A model generated the notes under the pieces. The model made no database searches and was not told the DNA's origin. It worked only from the letters and a program-made list of their open reading frames with translations. The translations under genes and the position numbers were made by a program. From positions 496,001-560,000 of the forward strand of contig JAHLTZ010000004.1 of NCBI GenBank assembly GCA_025786725.1: a stretch of 64,000 nt of DNA. The letters are read 5' to 3'. Below, piece by piece: positions 42,729-56,999 of the stretch. Numbering within the stretch: position 1 is the first letter of the stretch; the number at the start of each line of letters is the position of its first letter. This DNA is from Syncephalis fuscata S228 (taxonomy: Eukaryota > Fungi > Zoopagomycota).

Positions 42729-44507
42729 TTAAAGTGCTTTACGCAGAATACGTTCCAACTCCTCGAAATCATCGGTAGGTACACGAACAATTGGTCGGTT
42801 AAAGTATTGCTCGATAGCATTCATTTGTTCCCAGCTTTCACGATCATGAACAAAGTTAATGCTTACACCGGTGCGGCCAAATCGTCCAGTACGGCCAATA
42901 CGATGCAAGTAGGTCTCTGGATCTGGATTACCAGCACCATCTAGTGGAATGTCATAATTGACTACCATATTCACTTGAAGAATATCAATACCACGAGCAA
43001 GTACATTCGTCGTAATAAGCACTTTAGACTTTCCAGATCGGAACGAATCAATAACAAAATCACGTTCAGCCGGCTCTTGCTTGCCATGCAATGAAATAAC
43101 AGCGTGTCCTTCAGCACTCATACGACGAGCCACCTCATCGGCCGTATCACGACGCTAATAGCAATTATCATTATGATCAATATTACGCTTATCTAACTCA
43201 ATAGTCGCTACTTACTTTAACAAAAATAATACTTTGACCAATAGTGAGTAGAGAGTAAAGTGCAACCAATACATCAAACTTGTGGGTTTCACTTGTACAA
43301 TCCATAAAGAATTGCTTAATACCATCTACTGACAACTCTTCTTGCTTTAGACTAATCTGATTGGCATTGGGTGCAAATCGTGTAGCAAACTGCTTAACTC
43401 GTTCTGCATAAGTAGCTGAAAATAATACAATTTGACAATCTTTAGGCATCATTCTGCAATGGGTCAGTTTGCTGTTTTTGACAATGATTAAATACTTACG
43501 TGCGAATACGAAGACTTTGATCGCCCAGGCCTTGTTGATCGATCATGTTATCGGCTTCGTCGAGTACAAAAACGCGTACTTTGCTTGGATTAATGAGACG
43601 TCGTTTCATTAAATCGCCAACCTTTCCTGGTGTTCCAATAATGATATTAGCATTAATAGGTCCTGAAGGCGTCGATTCTTCTCCTGGCAAAGCGTAGCAT
43701 GCCGTAGCCTCAGTGTATTTGCCCATAGCCTTTACAACATCCATAATCTGTCGAGCAAGTTCGCGTGCTGGAGCAAGACAAATAGCCTACAGCGTAATAT
43801 TAATATTGCTATTATGTCATATAGCTATCAATTACCTGAGTTGCCTCGATAGTAGGATCAATGCGCGTCAACATAGTCAACACAAATGCAGCTGTTTTGC
43901 CAGTGCCTGATTGCGATTGACCAATCATATTTTTGGGTCTAATTCATAATAAAAGTATTAGCTTAAATACAATAATAATGATAAAGATACACTTACGGGT
44001 CAGAAAGTAATAATGGCAGCGCGCGTTCCTGGATTTTAGACGGCTTAGTAAACTTCATCTCATATAAACCCTTAATCAATGGCGCGCTCCTAAAAGTTAT
44101 TGTATTTTGTAAGTGATCAAAGAATATGGTCACTAAGACTGACGCGCTTCACTTACAAGTTTAGCTCTTCAAACGATTTAACCGAATAAAGCGGCGAATT
44201 AGGATCTGCCTGTTTATCGGCCAGTGTCACTTCTACTTCATATTGACCCTCGGGAAGTAGATTGGTCTTTGATTCTATTGAGCAGTATAGCAATGCAACA
44301 GCAACATAAGTTGCTATCCTACTTGCCAAGATGACTACTACCACTACTACTTACCTCCGTCATCTGTCTTGACGTTCGAAAGACCTTCGGCCAGTGCATC
44401 GACTGCATCTATGCTGGCCGTTTTTGCACCTATACACACATTAGCAATGCCAATTAGCAAACTGCTTAGCAACAGCACGACTATTTGGCCATACCTGAGT
44501 CGGTCAT
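42729..44507 (-). CDS. DBP5: DEAD-box RNA helicase Dbp5/DDX19, multi-exon
   Basis: [54 protein letters not shown]. Confidence 0.96.
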
Positions 44508-44789
44508 AATGAGAAAGGTAGAGAGGAAACGCTGTAATAAGTGAAATAAAATAAACACTAAGAATAAAGAGACTAGTATTAATGTTAAAAAATGCGTTTA
44601 TATCATTTTAATAGCAATAAATGAATGGATTACAAGTGTAACAAAAGATAAGCACGCGTACATACGCACATAATGTGTAAAGTGATAACTGACATGTCCT
44701 ATTGCCAATTGACTAGTGCAAATAGAGACAATAATACGAATATGAATAATGGCCTATCATGACGATGACTATAGGTATGACGGCGGCAC

Positions 44790-44963
44790 CTAATACCTAA
44801 CGATAATGTAGCAGGCGTGTATAATACCCGGAATATAGCCTAATAGAGTGAGACCAATGTTGATAAGAAGGTCGCAGCCGCAACCACGTTCGAATAGAAC
44901 ACCTAGAGGTGGAAAGATAACGGCACAAGCAAATTTGCAGATATCGGTACAGGTAAGAGGCAT
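44790..44963 (-). CDS. PMP3: Plasma membrane proteolipid 3 (Pmp3/UPF0057), 57 aa
   Basis: MPLTCTDICKFACAVIFPPLGVLFERGCGCDLLINIGLTLLGYIPGIIHACYIIVRY*; absent from the ORF track. Confidence 0.93.
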   Translation of the reverse strand: MPLTCTDICKFACAVIFPPLGVLFERGCGCDLLINIGLTLLGYIPGIIHACYIIVRY

Positions 44964-45594
44964 GGTGACGGATACTAGCTTATTTTCTTCTTCTTATTGG
45001 TGTGGCGGCAAGGGTGACTTGATATGCGCTACTAATGAAAGCGTGTCGCTAATGGTAAGAGAAGAGAAGAGAGTAGCAGTAGTGTAGTAGTAGTAAAGCT
45101 GTTCAACGCAATAGTGTTATTATAATTGCTATGACTTGATGATGATGTTGTAGTAGTTTTGCGAATATCATGCAAATAAAGAATCATTTTATATATATGT
45201 TCAGATGGCTGCCAAGAATTGTTTCTAACATCCTGTAGGTTGGAAATGTATCGATGACTGCATGGATAGCTGATAAAAATGGAACCCACGAGACAATGAG
45301 TGGAACGGTGTTAAACCGGATATGCAAATTATTCTAATCAAATTTCCTATTCCTACAAAGGTGTGTGTAGTAGACTACAATTATCACAGTTACATGAATT
45401 GCTTCCACGTGCTATCAGTTATTAATAGTTCTTTGAAACAATGGCCTTACACTAAAGAATTGACATCATATGTTGTCATTGTGCAGTTAATTCACATACA
45501 TACAGTAATCTTGGCGTAGTTGACTACGTTGCAAATGATGTACAGAACCCGTAATACACTACGGCTAATCTTTTATTATTAATCCATGTGTATG

Positions 45595-45626
45595 GTGTAG
45601 TAGTAGTAGTAGTAGTAGTAGTAGTA
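45595..45626. repeat. (TAG)n microsatellite
   Basis: About ten tandem gta units. Confidence 0.9.
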
Positions 45627-45849
45627 AATACAAAGAATAGACCACAATTACAATAAAATATATTACAATGACGATTATTCTTAATTAAATTAATTATAGT
45701 AATAAGAAACATGCTCATTTACTCTATTGATACTTGTCTAGGCATATTCACGTGTCATTATTGACCATTAATAAAATGATAAAGAACAGAAATAAAGAAT
45801 ATATGATTACAGGGAAGGTACTTTTTGCGTTGAACAAACGTGTTATTTA

Positions 45850-48486
45850 TTACTGTTTCAAATCAGCCAACGCTTCTACGAGGCGATCATGGACGGGTGT
45901 ACCAGCATAAGTGTCTCGTGTACGGCCAACAAGACTACGTAGTAGAGAGCGAGCCTGGAATTGCCAATCTTTCGCTACAAGTTGCTCTACTTGCTGGCCA
46001 TCTTCAGTAGTTTTGGTAATAGATTGGGGACCCAAATTGCGATACAGATCAGCCGTTTCAATAGCCATGTCGGCTACCGCCTCAAATTCTTCAGCAGATG
46101 ATTCACACGAACTACTATGCAACAAGGCTCGATATGCTTTAATTTGTGCATCTAAGCATTGTTCGTAGTCATTGGCCCAGAAATAAAAGCGTGAAACAGT
46201 TTGCCAAATACGCGAATTATTAGTAATACGTGCCGTGATGACATTGCGTAATAAATATTCAAATCGTTGCCGTAATCGACATTTGGCAGAGTTCTCTGCT
46301 TCGGCAGCATCGCCTACCGTTTCAATAGGTGCATCAACGACACGCGTCACCATGGTTAATAAATGTTCGAGGGCCTTAATATCGACACTTTCCGCGCCCA
46401 CTTTATCGGCTCTAATCTCCACGACTTGCTGCATTGCTTGTATTGCTTGTTGGCACTCGCCAACTTCCATGCAAATGTGCATAAAGTTTGTCCATACGCG
46501 CCAATTATCTTGACTATTGCGAATGGCTTGTTTAAGTGCGTGATAAGCCTCCGTTGAACGACCCAATCGAATAAGCACTGAAGCTTGGTTGTTCCACGCT
46601 TCAGCATTCTCGTCGTTAAGCGATACGACACGTCTAAATGCCGTCTCGGCCATTTCCCAATCTTCAATACGTAAAGCGGCACATCCAGCAATAAACCATG
46701 TATTTTCAAATAATGGATTAATAGCTAATGCCTTCATATAACACTCAAGACTTTTACGCCACTCTTCAGTACGGAAGTAATAGCCGGCCAATGAACGCAT
46801 AGCCCGTGCATATCGTTGTCCGGATAACTCCCAAGCCTTCTCGTAATAACTATAATCCTTCTTAATATCGCCCATTAAACACCACATCTTGGGTGATTTT
46901 GGATCTCGCTCAAGTTCTCTTTCGATGACTTTCAATGCTTTATTGTCATCTTCTAGTGAAATATAACATTGAATAACATCTTCCCACATTTCAAGTCGTT
47001 CAAATATTTCCAATGCACTACGTACAACACCGATGGACATATAACGTTCAGCCAATTCCTTTTCCATCATCCATTTAGATGGCAATAAAATATCGTATAT
47101 ATAAGCCAGTCGTTCAGATGCTGATGATTCATCAAGAGGAATTTGATCAATAAGCGCTTGTAGCTGTAGAGCAGATCGTTCAACGGTACGTAATTTGTTG
47201 CTTTCTAAACGAGATCGTAATAGCAAACCCATTGTATGAACCATCCAGTTATTAGGATGTTGCAATACACGTTGAACATAGGCATTCATCTCATTGGTAG
47301 TCAGTCCGTGATCTGGATTAGTATTCTTTACGTTTAGACAAAAGGCCAGCAATAAGCACTGATCAATAACACGTAAATTGGACTGATGGTGTGGATCCAA
47401 TACATCTGTTACTGTACTATTGTTATTATTGTCAGTAGTTGCTGTCGTTGATTGCTTAGTCAGCGCAATAGTTTCTAATAAAGTATCGTCATTTAAGGCT
47501 AGTGTATTTGGCATGCCTTTTACTGTATCAGATGTTGTTGTTGTTGCTGCTGCTTCTTGTTCATTGGTAGCACTGGCCGCAACAATAACCAATTGACTTT
47601 TATCGTCGATTTGGAATTTGGTTCGCTTGCCTAGAGCACCGGTTAATTGCCAGCGTAATCCTGTAGCCTCTTGCGCCTTGGTAAACATCTCAACAGCCAA
47701 TTTATCTTCGCCATACCATTGCAGCATTAGACCACGTTCAAGCCAATAGCGTGGACGCAACTCTTCTTCCATCTCCTCTTCTGAATTAAGCAGCGCCTTT
47801 TCCATACATGACATATGGTTGATAATAGCGTCATAGAGTGAACCGGCGCCATTATCAAGTAACTGTTGTTGAGTAAATAAACAACGGGCAGCCCACCAAT
47901 AGCTAGAGGGTGGTGAAATAGGCAAATCCGGTTCACTGGTTAATCCGTCGACTAGGATGGCTCGAGCCAGTATAATATACAATGGACGTAATGCTAGATG
48001 GTATACATCTTCACTGTCGACCGATAATTGTTGCACTAGACGTGGCAATTGAGCCTGTACCTTAACGCGTAATGGTTCAGGAAGTAGTAGTTCAGGCTCT
48101 AGCGATAACACTGGACCTGTCCATCCCGATTGATAGAAAGCGTTAAGACAGGCTGCACCTACTACAAGTACTTGAAATGCTTGTTCAGGATGTGCAGTAG
48201 TGATTTGCTTTACACGTTGAGATATCCATTCAGACAAATTGATATCATTATCGCCAATGGATAGAATAGAAGAGAGCGATGTATCATTAGCTTCTAGTGT
48301 TAAATCGGTACCGAATAGCGCCTTGGCTGTTGTGCCTTGCAAGATATCAGCGTAACATCCATTGGCAAACGTATTAACGAGTGCTTCGTTGGAATTAGCT
48401 GGCCAGTCTGCATTATCTTTAGACGGTGGTGATAATGGCTTGCTCACAAGTAGCTTCCATTCAAGTTGAGCAATAGAGCTTGTCAT
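45850..48486 (-). CDS. EMW1: TPR protein Emw1/TTC27, intronless 878 aa
   Basis: LTGALGKRTKFQ, LNDDTLLE, NWMVHTMGLLLRSRLE, ERLEMWE; TPR array. Confidence 0.9.
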   Translation of the reverse strand: MTSSIAQLEWKLLVSKPLSPPSKDNADWPANSNEALVNTFANGCYADILQGTTAKALFGTDLTLEANDTSLSSILSIGDNDINLSEWISQRVKQITTAHPEQAFQVLVVGAACLNAFYQSGWTGPVLSLEPELLLPEPLRVKVQAQLPRLVQQLSVDSEDVYHLALRPLYIILARAILVDGLTSEPDLPISPPSSYWWAARCLFTQQQLLDNGAGSLYDAIINHMSCMEKALLNSEEEMEEELRPRYWLERGLMLQWYGEDKLAVEMFTKAQEATGLRWQLTGALGKRTKFQIDDKSQLVIVAASATNEQEAAATTTTSDTVKGMPNTLALNDDTLLETIALTKQSTTATTDNNNNSTVTDVLDPHHQSNLRVIDQCLLLAFCLNVKNTNPDHGLTTNEMNAYVQRVLQHPNNWMVHTMGLLLRSRLESNKLRTVERSALQLQALIDQIPLDESSASERLAYIYDILLPSKWMMEKELAERYMSIGVVRSALEIFERLEMWEDVIQCYISLEDDNKALKVIERELERDPKSPKMWCLMGDIKKDYSYYEKAWELSGQRYARAMRSLAGYYFRTEEWRKSLECYMKALAINPLFENTWFIAGCAALRIEDWEMAETAFRRVVSLNDENAEAWNNQASVLIRLGRSTEAYHALKQAIRNSQDNWRVWTNFMHICMEVGECQQAIQAMQQVVEIRADKVGAESVDIKALEHLLTMVTRVVDAPIETVGDAAEAENSAKCRLRQRFEYLLRNVITARITNNSRIWQTVSRFYFWANDYEQCLDAQIKAYRALLHSSSCESSAEEFEAVADMAIETADLYRNLGPQSITKTTEDGQQVEQLVAKDWQFQARSLLRSLVGRTRDTYAGTPVHDRLVEALADLKQ

Positions 48487-48688
48487 GATACTATTAGCCA
48501 GTAGAGTAAAGTGGTAACAGGTCGACTATCTTACACGAAGACGTAATAGAGTGGTAAGGGAGGGACTAGTATTAACAAATACAGTGGCGATTTATAAAAC
48601 AGAAAAAAAAGAAAAAAATTAGTCATCTTTCCAACAGATTCCTGGTTCTTCTTTATTGTCCTGTCTAATTGATTGGCTGGCTTCTATT

Positions 48689-50460
48689 ATGTCGATTAAA
48701 GAAACGACAGTGCCTGCTGAGGCAGCAGAAATGGATATTGGTCGTGAATCAGCTGGTGAAGACCAAGAACCAAGTGTGCCAACTACATTTAAGGAATTGG
48801 TATGTATAGGGTCTAGTGAGGCTGACTATAGTACTTACTCTATGGCTATGAATAGAACGTCATTGACCCGCTATGTGAAGCGTGTGATAAACTAGGCTTT
48901 AAGCATGCTACGCCCATTCAAAAGGATTCCATTCCTTGGGCATTACAAGGTAAGTAAAATGTAGTAAATATACTGAATAATCTAATAGTAGGATTACTAT
49001 CAATAATATAGGTCGTGATATTATCGGATTAGCTCAGACTGGTTCTGGTAAAACAGCAGCATTTGCTTTACCTGTACTACAAGCATTATGGGAGAATCCA
49101 TCGGGTTTATTTGCCTGTGTATTGGCACCTACACGGTAAGTAGATATATATATATATATAGGTATTCAATTATACTAATAATATTAATATTTTCAATATT
49201 CATAGTGAATTGGCATTTCAGATCTCTGAGACGTTTGAAGCACTTGGATCTGTGATTGGTGTACGCTGTGCTGTTATTGTTGGTGGCATGGATATGATGT
49301 CACAATCTATTGCCTTGTCTAAAAAACCACATATTATTGTGTGTACACCTGGACGATTACAAGATCATTTAGAAAATACAAAAGGATTTAGTTTAAAAAC
49401 TATTAAATACTTGGTAATTATTTCATTAATACACTATTTAAATACTAATCATTGATATTAATATTAAATAGGTGATGGATGAAGCGGATCGTCTGTTGGA
49501 TATGGATTTTGGACCCAAGATTGATCAGATTCTTAAAGTGATCCCTCGAGAACGTAACACCTATTTGTTCTCAGCTACAATGACCACCAAAGTGGCAAAA
49601 CTACAACGCGCCTCATTACGTAATCCAGTCAAAGTTGAAGTATCAACAAAGTAAGTCAATAACAATAATAATAACAATAGTAATATTTATATGAATATTA
49701 ATAATGTATGTTAGATACCAAACCGTGAATACATTGCTGCAATACTTTCTATTCTTTCCTTTTAAACACAAGGATTGCTACCTAGTCTATTTACTCAATG
49801 AGATGGCGGGTAATTCAGCCATTGTTTTTGTACGCACTTGCAATGATGCTCAACGGCTATCATTGCTATTAAGATCACTTGGATTCCCTGCTATTCCACT
49901 TCACGGTCAATTAAGTATGGATAAACGATTGGCCGCATTGAATAAATTCAAAGCAGGTTCGCGTAATATTCTTATTGCCACAGATGTTGCATCGCGTGGT
50001 CTTGATATTCCTATGGTCGATATTGTACTTAACTATGACATTCCAACACATAGTAAAGAATACATTCATCGCGTAGGTCGTACGGCTCGTGCAGGCCGTG
50101 CGGGTAAATCGATTACTTTAGTGACACAGTATGATGTAGAGTTACTACAGCGTATTGAGCATATTCTTGGCCGTAAGCTTGATAGTTATGCAGTTGATAA
50201 AGATGCAGTGCTTATACTTCAAGAACGTGTCTCAGAAGCTCAGCGATACGCTACTCTTGTAGGTTACTTTAGTATTATATCATTGACATTTATTAATAAT
50301 GTATTTATGTAACATAACAATATAGGAATTAAAGGAGCACAAGACGAGTAAACGTGGTGGTGGTCGTCATAGAGCAGGCGACGATGCTGATCGAGATGAT
50401 GATGAAGTACAAGCTGGTATGCCGAATAAAAAGCGATCAAAGCGAGGTGGTCGTCGTTAA
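48689..50460 (+). CDS. RRP3: DEAD-box rRNA helicase Rrp3/DDX47, multi-exon
   Basis: [55 protein letters not shown]. Confidence 0.95.
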
Positions 50461-50753
50461 TCTTTTTTTTACTATAATTACTATAAATAAATGAATAAAG
50501 ATCTATAAATCACGTGATATATTCATAGATTTGTTTGCTAGTTTTCCCCGATTATGCCCGACTATGACGCGTAGTCTATATACTCTCACATTCACAATAC
50601 ACACACTCTCTCACCTATTTACTTACTTTCCTCGTACTCTTCTCCTTTCCTTCACTGCTTTCTTCACCACACCTTAGCACTAACTGTCTACACTCTTGTT
50701 GTTATTGATTACTATTTGGTTATTCATATTTAACCAACCATACTTATCGCATC

Positions 50754-53295
50754 ATGTCCTGGCGTGCTATTTCAGCGCTTTCGCGCAATACGATGCGTAC
50801 TCGCCGTGTACCGTCAGCAGGTAAGCGTTGCTTTACAATCCAAAGGACAAATAGCGCTATATGATGACGTGGAAGGCATATTTTATATTATATGTTTATT
50901 ATGCTAATAGACGTGTATTTTAATAGTACTTGGCCGTACATTCCATGCATCGGCTGCCACTAATCAAATTATTAGCACACAGCCATTACGTGCTCAAGTA
51001 AGCGAGGTATTTATCAAGAAGAGAGAAAGAAAGAGTAAATATAAATATGCTAATCTATAATGTATGTATAGGCCAAGCTACCAGGCAATTACACGATCAT
51101 TGACCACGACTTTGACGCAGTTGTTGTTGGTGCTGGCGGTGCTGGTCTACGAGCAGCATTTGGTTTGTCTCAAGCCGGCTTTAATACAGCCTGTGTTACC
51201 AAACTATTTCCTACTCGTTCACACACAGTAGCAGCACAAGTAAGTTAATTTATATACTGTTTATTAATGCTATTAATATGTAATATTTAATATTTATCTA
51301 TTGTAAAGGGTGGTGTTAATGCTGCCTTGGGTAATATGAGTGAAGATGATTGGAGATGGCATATGTATGATACAGTCAAAGGAAGTGACTGGCTCGGTAA
51401 GTAAAATACTAATTAATGGTAAATATATAGCTTATATTTAAATAGGTGACCAGGATGCCATTCATTATATGTGTCGTGAAGCACCAAATACAGTTATTGA
51501 ACTTGAACATTATGGTGTACCATTCTCACGTACCAAGGAAGGCAAGATTTATCAACGTGCTTTTGGTGGCCAATCTCTCAACTTTGGCAAAGGTATATAG
51601 CTATAGACTGGCTTATATCATTGAGTGCACAGCAATACTAATGGGCTATTAATGACTAGGTGGCCAGGCTCGTCGTTGTGCCGCCGTAGCTGACCGAACA
51701 GGCCATTCTATTTTGCATACACTCTATGGCCATTCACTCAAGTATAATACCAACTATTTCATTGAGTATTTTGCTCTTGATTTGATCATGGAGAATGGAG
51801 AATGCCGCGGTGTTATGGCACTTAACATGGAAGATGGCACACTTCATCGATTCCGTGCTCACAAGACTGTCTTGGCCACTGGTGGCTATGGCCGTGCCTA
51901 TTTCTCTTGCACAAGTGCCCATACATGCACTGGTGACGGTAACGCTATGGTAGCACGTGCTGGTTTGCCGCTACAAGACTTGGAATTTGTTCAATTCCAT
52001 CCAACAGGCATCTACGGTGCTGGTTGTCTTATTACCGAAGGTATGGACACTATTGATAGATGGATGAGTTTTTTATAAACATGGGTATATGTACATCATT
52101 AGGCTCTCGTGGTGAAGGTGGCTACCTGCTCAATTCCGAAGGCGAACGCTTTATGGAACGTTACGCACCTACAGCCAAGGATTTGGCCAGTCGAGATGTT
52201 GTATCGCGTAGTATGACTATGGAGATTCGTGAAGGCCGCGGTAAGTAGCTTTATAAAAATACTAGTTTTTATTTACATTCTATATTCGTTAAAAGGTATT
52301 GGGCCCGAAAAGGACCATATCTACTTGCAATTGTCTCATTTGCCTGCCGAAGTACTTAAGGAACGTTTGCCGGGTATTTCAGAAACAGCCGCTATCTTTG
52401 CAGGTAAATTAACAATTTACATATATATATACATGTATAAAGATGGCTAAATGATATGGCATTTATAGGTGTGGATGTCACTAAAGAGCCAATTCCAGTA
52501 TTGCCAACTGTGCATTATAATATGGGCGGTATTCCTACTCGCTACACAGGTGAAGTGCTAACACAAAAGGTACATAACTGAGTAAAATAATCCTAGCATT
52601 TATTCAAACTAATAATGTATTAATAGAACGGAGAAGATGTTGTAGTACCAGGTTTGTATGCTGCCGGTGAAGCTGCTTGTGTCTCTGTGCATGGTGCCAA
52701 TCGTCTGGGCGCCAACTCTTTGTTAGATATTGTTGTCTTTGGACGTGCTGTTGCACATCACATTGCCGAGACCCTTAAGCCAGGTACACCACATGCTCCA
52801 TTGTCAGCCGATGCCGGCCGTGAAACGGTCGAAAACTTGGATAAATTGCGTAATGCCAATGGCGACAAGCCCACAGCTGCTATCCGTCTAGATATGCAGA
52901 AGGTGATGCAGCGTGATGCAGCTGTGTTCCGTACACAAGAATCGCTCGAGGAAGGTGTCCAGAATATTGACCGTGTATTCAAGAGCTTTAACGATGTTAA
53001 AGTATACGATCGCTCTATGATCTGGAACACAGATCTGGTTGAGACATTGGAGCTGCAAAACTTACTTACCTGCGCTGCTCAGACCATGTACTCGGCGGCA
53101 AATCGTAAGGAGTCCCGCGGTGCTCATGCTCGTGAAGACTTCAAGAAGCGTGACGACGTTAACTGGATGAAGCATACACTTTCGTGGCAAGATCAAGAGA
53201 CGGGCGAAGTCAAGTTGGGCTACCGTGCTGTCCAATCGGCTACACTAGACGAGGCTGAATGCAGCAGTGTGCCACCTATGGAACGTGTCTACTAA
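50754..53295 (+). CDS. SDH1: Succinate dehydrogenase flavoprotein subunit, multi-exon
   Basis: [51 protein letters not shown]. Confidence 0.97.
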
Positions 53296-53418
53296 ACACT
53301 AGCCATTGAATTTGATTATTATTCTAATCGCGAGTATTTAGCGGTGACAGCAGTATCCGCGAAGATAATTATTTTTTCTTTGAAAACACCACTTATACTC
53401 AATATCTCTCTCTCTCTG

Positions 53419-53449
<31 letters not shown>
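53419..53449. repeat. (CA)n microsatellite
   Basis: Run of ca dinucleotides. Confidence 0.9.
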
Positions 53450-53453
<4 letters not shown>

Positions 53454-53558
53454 CAATGAGTCCTTTTTTTCTACTGTGATTTAAATCTATGGTTTTAAAA
53501 TATATTTTAGTAATAATGAGTGGATTTAAGTGTGAAAGTAAGATCCAAAGGACAATTG

Positions 53559-53986
53559 TTAATAACCGCCACGTAAAGCCAACACAAGATGCAATACAGA
53601 TCCACCGGTAATTTTGTAGTCATCGAGCGTTTTTTCATCAGACCTACATAAAAAATGGCGTAAACAATTAATGAATGGTTTATTTAATTTGAATGCTATT
53701 TACAACTTACATTTGTTTGCCACCATAAATCAACCTAATAAACATTGACCAAATATTAAATATTAATTAATGAACAAAACCGACTTAAATAAATATTTAC
53801 CGTTGCTGGATGGGAGGAATACCTTCCTTCTCTTCGACACGCTCCTTGACTCGTGTAATCTATATTGAACAAATAAATAAATATTAGTATAAAATATTAG
53901 TAGCAATATAGACTACATACTTTGTCGGACGTCTCAACGTCAATCTCAATCTCTTTGCCGGTCAAGGTCTTTACTTTGATCAACAT
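53559..53986 (-). CDS. NEDD8: Ubiquitin-like protein NEDD8/Rub1, 4 exons
   Basis: Spliced [57 protein letters not shown]; not in the ORF track. Confidence 0.95.
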
Positions 53987-54532
53987 GTTTGAGTAATCGT
54001 AGACAACAGTATAAAGAAGGTGGATTCAATGAATAGATGCTGTAAATAAAGTAATACTCCTACTCAGGCTACGGTAGTGCTATATTCCACGATGATAGCC
54101 GCAAGATGATAACAGAAAGAGTGAGTGGGAGTGAGAGATAAAAATGTAGAAGAGAGTGAGAGCGAAAGAGATAGAGAGATGTGCGTGGTATTCAACGTCT
54201 CTGCATCACGATGACACTCCTTTTGTGGCCTTTGACGATAGCGATGATACCAATGATGAGTCGACTGAAGATGGATTTACTGGCTTAGTTGAGCCAAGTA
54301 TTGTTGGGCTGTGCCTGACGGGCTATTGAGATTCGGACACTTCATTGGATCGACTAGATGTGGCGTGATTACGTGTCGTTTTAAATTAGTTGAAATGAAA
54401 AAAACGCCCATATTGGCCTTCGACGCGTCCTTACCGAATACCCATTGTTGTCGATTTAGTGTTTGTTTATCCATTAATATGGCAGATAATATTTATAAAG
54501 TAGTGGACATAGCACACTATTACCTGGCCACA

Positions 54533-56715
54533 ATGGCATCCGAGCACATCTACGCTGCTCTAGCCATTGGTATTAGTAGTGCATTATTTCTTACATGGCG
54601 GTGGAGAAGTAGTAGCTATAGCACACGATACATGACTACAGTTCGATCATTTAATGTAGATCCACCAAAAGGTAGTGTAAAAATAATGAATAATTGATTT
54701 AAATTTTATAAATTCATTTATATTAGAAAGTTTGCCAGGCTGGAAGACAGATGTGTTTTGTGCAAATTACTCGTTACGTGTAAGTATTGCCAGATTTTGA
54801 TTTTATGTAATTAATTAATTAATATTATTATTATTATTATTATTATATTTAGGATTTGGTTGATCCATTACTAATCCATTGCAGAGATCCAGCTACTGGA
54901 CAATCGCTGGGTACAGTAAAAGCCGATACACCAGAGCAGGTACGCGCGGCACTTGATAAAGCACGAAAAGCACAAATATCCTGGGCCAAGACCTCGTTTG
55001 CCCAGCGTCGTGCTGTATTACAATCGCTACTTAATTATATTGTCGACCACCAAGAAGAAATATGTCGAGTAGCTTGTCGTGATACAGGCAAAACACGTAA
55101 GCTTTTGTGGTAATGTAAATGATCATTATTAAACTCTAAAACAAATTATAGTTATGGATGCAGAACTGGGAGAAGTACTCGTTACGTGTGAAAAACTAAA
55201 ATGGACCATGGATAATGGCGAACAAGCATTACGTACCGAATCACGCTCCACCAGTATGCTCACTATGTAGGTATAAAAAATATTACTACTACTAATAGCA
55301 CTAATGCATTATTTATTAGTCATAAGCAAGCGGTTGTGGAATACTTGCCATTAGGTGTAGTGGCAGCACTTGTGTCATGGAATTATCCGTAAGTATTAAT
55401 GACTATGTTATTATTAGCTAAACCTCGTTTATTAACATTACACTGGATTTACTTAGATTCCATAATACATTTAATCCAATCATCAGTGCTATATTTGCTG
55501 GTAATGGTATTATTATTAAAACATCAGAACATGTAGCATGGTCTTTACCTTATTGGAGAGAAATAATCCACGCTTGTCTACGTGTTCATGGTCACGATCC
55601 AGAGTTGGTTCAATTCGTGTGCGGTTTTGCCGAGACAGGCGATGCTGTAGTGCGTTCAGGCGTTGATAAAGTAACATTTATTGGGTAGGATTTAGTATAA
55701 TTATTACATGGTTAATATTAATGTATTCATAGATCACCTACAGTAGGCAAACTAGTCATGCGATCGGCGAGCGATTCTCTTGTGCCGTGTGTTTTAGAAT
55801 TAGGTGGCAAAGATTGTGCAATCATTCGAGCGGATGCCAATCTAAACCAAGCATTACAATTGTTGATGCGCGGTGTTTACCAGAATTGTGGGCAAAACTG
55901 TATTGGCATCGAACGAATTATTATTCATCAAAGTCTTTACGCAAAATTCGTAGACATGATGTCGGAACAAGTAAACCAGCTACGTATGGGTGCGCCATTA
56001 GATGATACCGACGTTGATTGTGGTGCCATGACTATGGGAATGGAGGTAGGCCACCAATTAAATCATATGATAATACTTGTGTATTTATACATCATTAGAA
56101 CTCTCCTGTACTAGAATTAATTAACGAAGCAGTTAGTCAAGGTGCGCGTCTAATCGCTGGTGGAATACAGCATGTATCTACAACCTATCCACATGGCCAA
56201 TATATGGCACCGACCTTATTGGCCGATGTAACAGCTCAGATGCGCGTAGCCAACGAAGAACTATTTTCACCTGTAATGTTGATGATGCCTTGCGACTCTG
56301 ATGAGGATGCTTTGCGTATTGCTAATGCCTCGCCTTATGGTCTTGGCTCTTCTATTTTCACGCGTGATGTAGCGCGTGGTCATCAAATGTCGAGGCAGTT
56401 GCGTGTTGGTATGTGCAATATCAACGATTTTGCCGTCAATTATCTATGCCAGTCGTTGCCATTTGGTGGTGTAGGTGAAAGTGGATTCGATAGATTTGGT
56501 GGTGTTGAGGGATTGCGCGGCAACTGTTTGGTACGAGCATTGACAATCGATCGGCTGCCCGGACTCATTCAAACAGAATTCCGGCAATACTGCAATATCC
56601 AACTCGTGGGGCGGTTAAATCAGCGGCCTTTTGTGCAAATCTTATTCGTATGATTTACGCAAACAGTTGGCTTATAAAAGCAAGTTCTGCACTAGGACTG
56701 GCCAAGCAATCGTAA
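54533..56715 (+). CDS. Aldehyde dehydrogenase, Msc7-like with N-terminal membrane anchor (1-bp frameshift near 56577)
   Basis: WNYPFHN, LELGGKD, YQNCGQNCIG, EELFSP, YLCQSLPFGGV; IPAILQYP tail in the shifted frame. Confidence 0.9.
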
Positions 56716-56999
56716 TTTTTATATAAGCTATATTACAAGAATTTATTTATCGATTACCCAGTGCAATCAATGATTTTAATCTATTAATGTTATAATTTAT
56801 TGTATTATGACAATAAATAAATTGATTTTACAAATGTATTTTGGATGTTTGATTGTTAATTGATAACATAACCGTTTGTTGGTTTTTATTTGTGTAATCT
56901 CATTTGAATACTCGATACAAGTCAGCAGTCATTTGCATAAAATAATATGGTGCCGGGATTGATAGAAATGTTCCAGAAGCATTACTACAAAATAGACCG

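Noticed and set aside
41193-53030. Numerous antisense or overlapping ORFs in the ORF track over CRAL-TRIO, EMW1 and SDH1
   Set aside because: Shadow ORFs of genuine genes, with no independent evidence.
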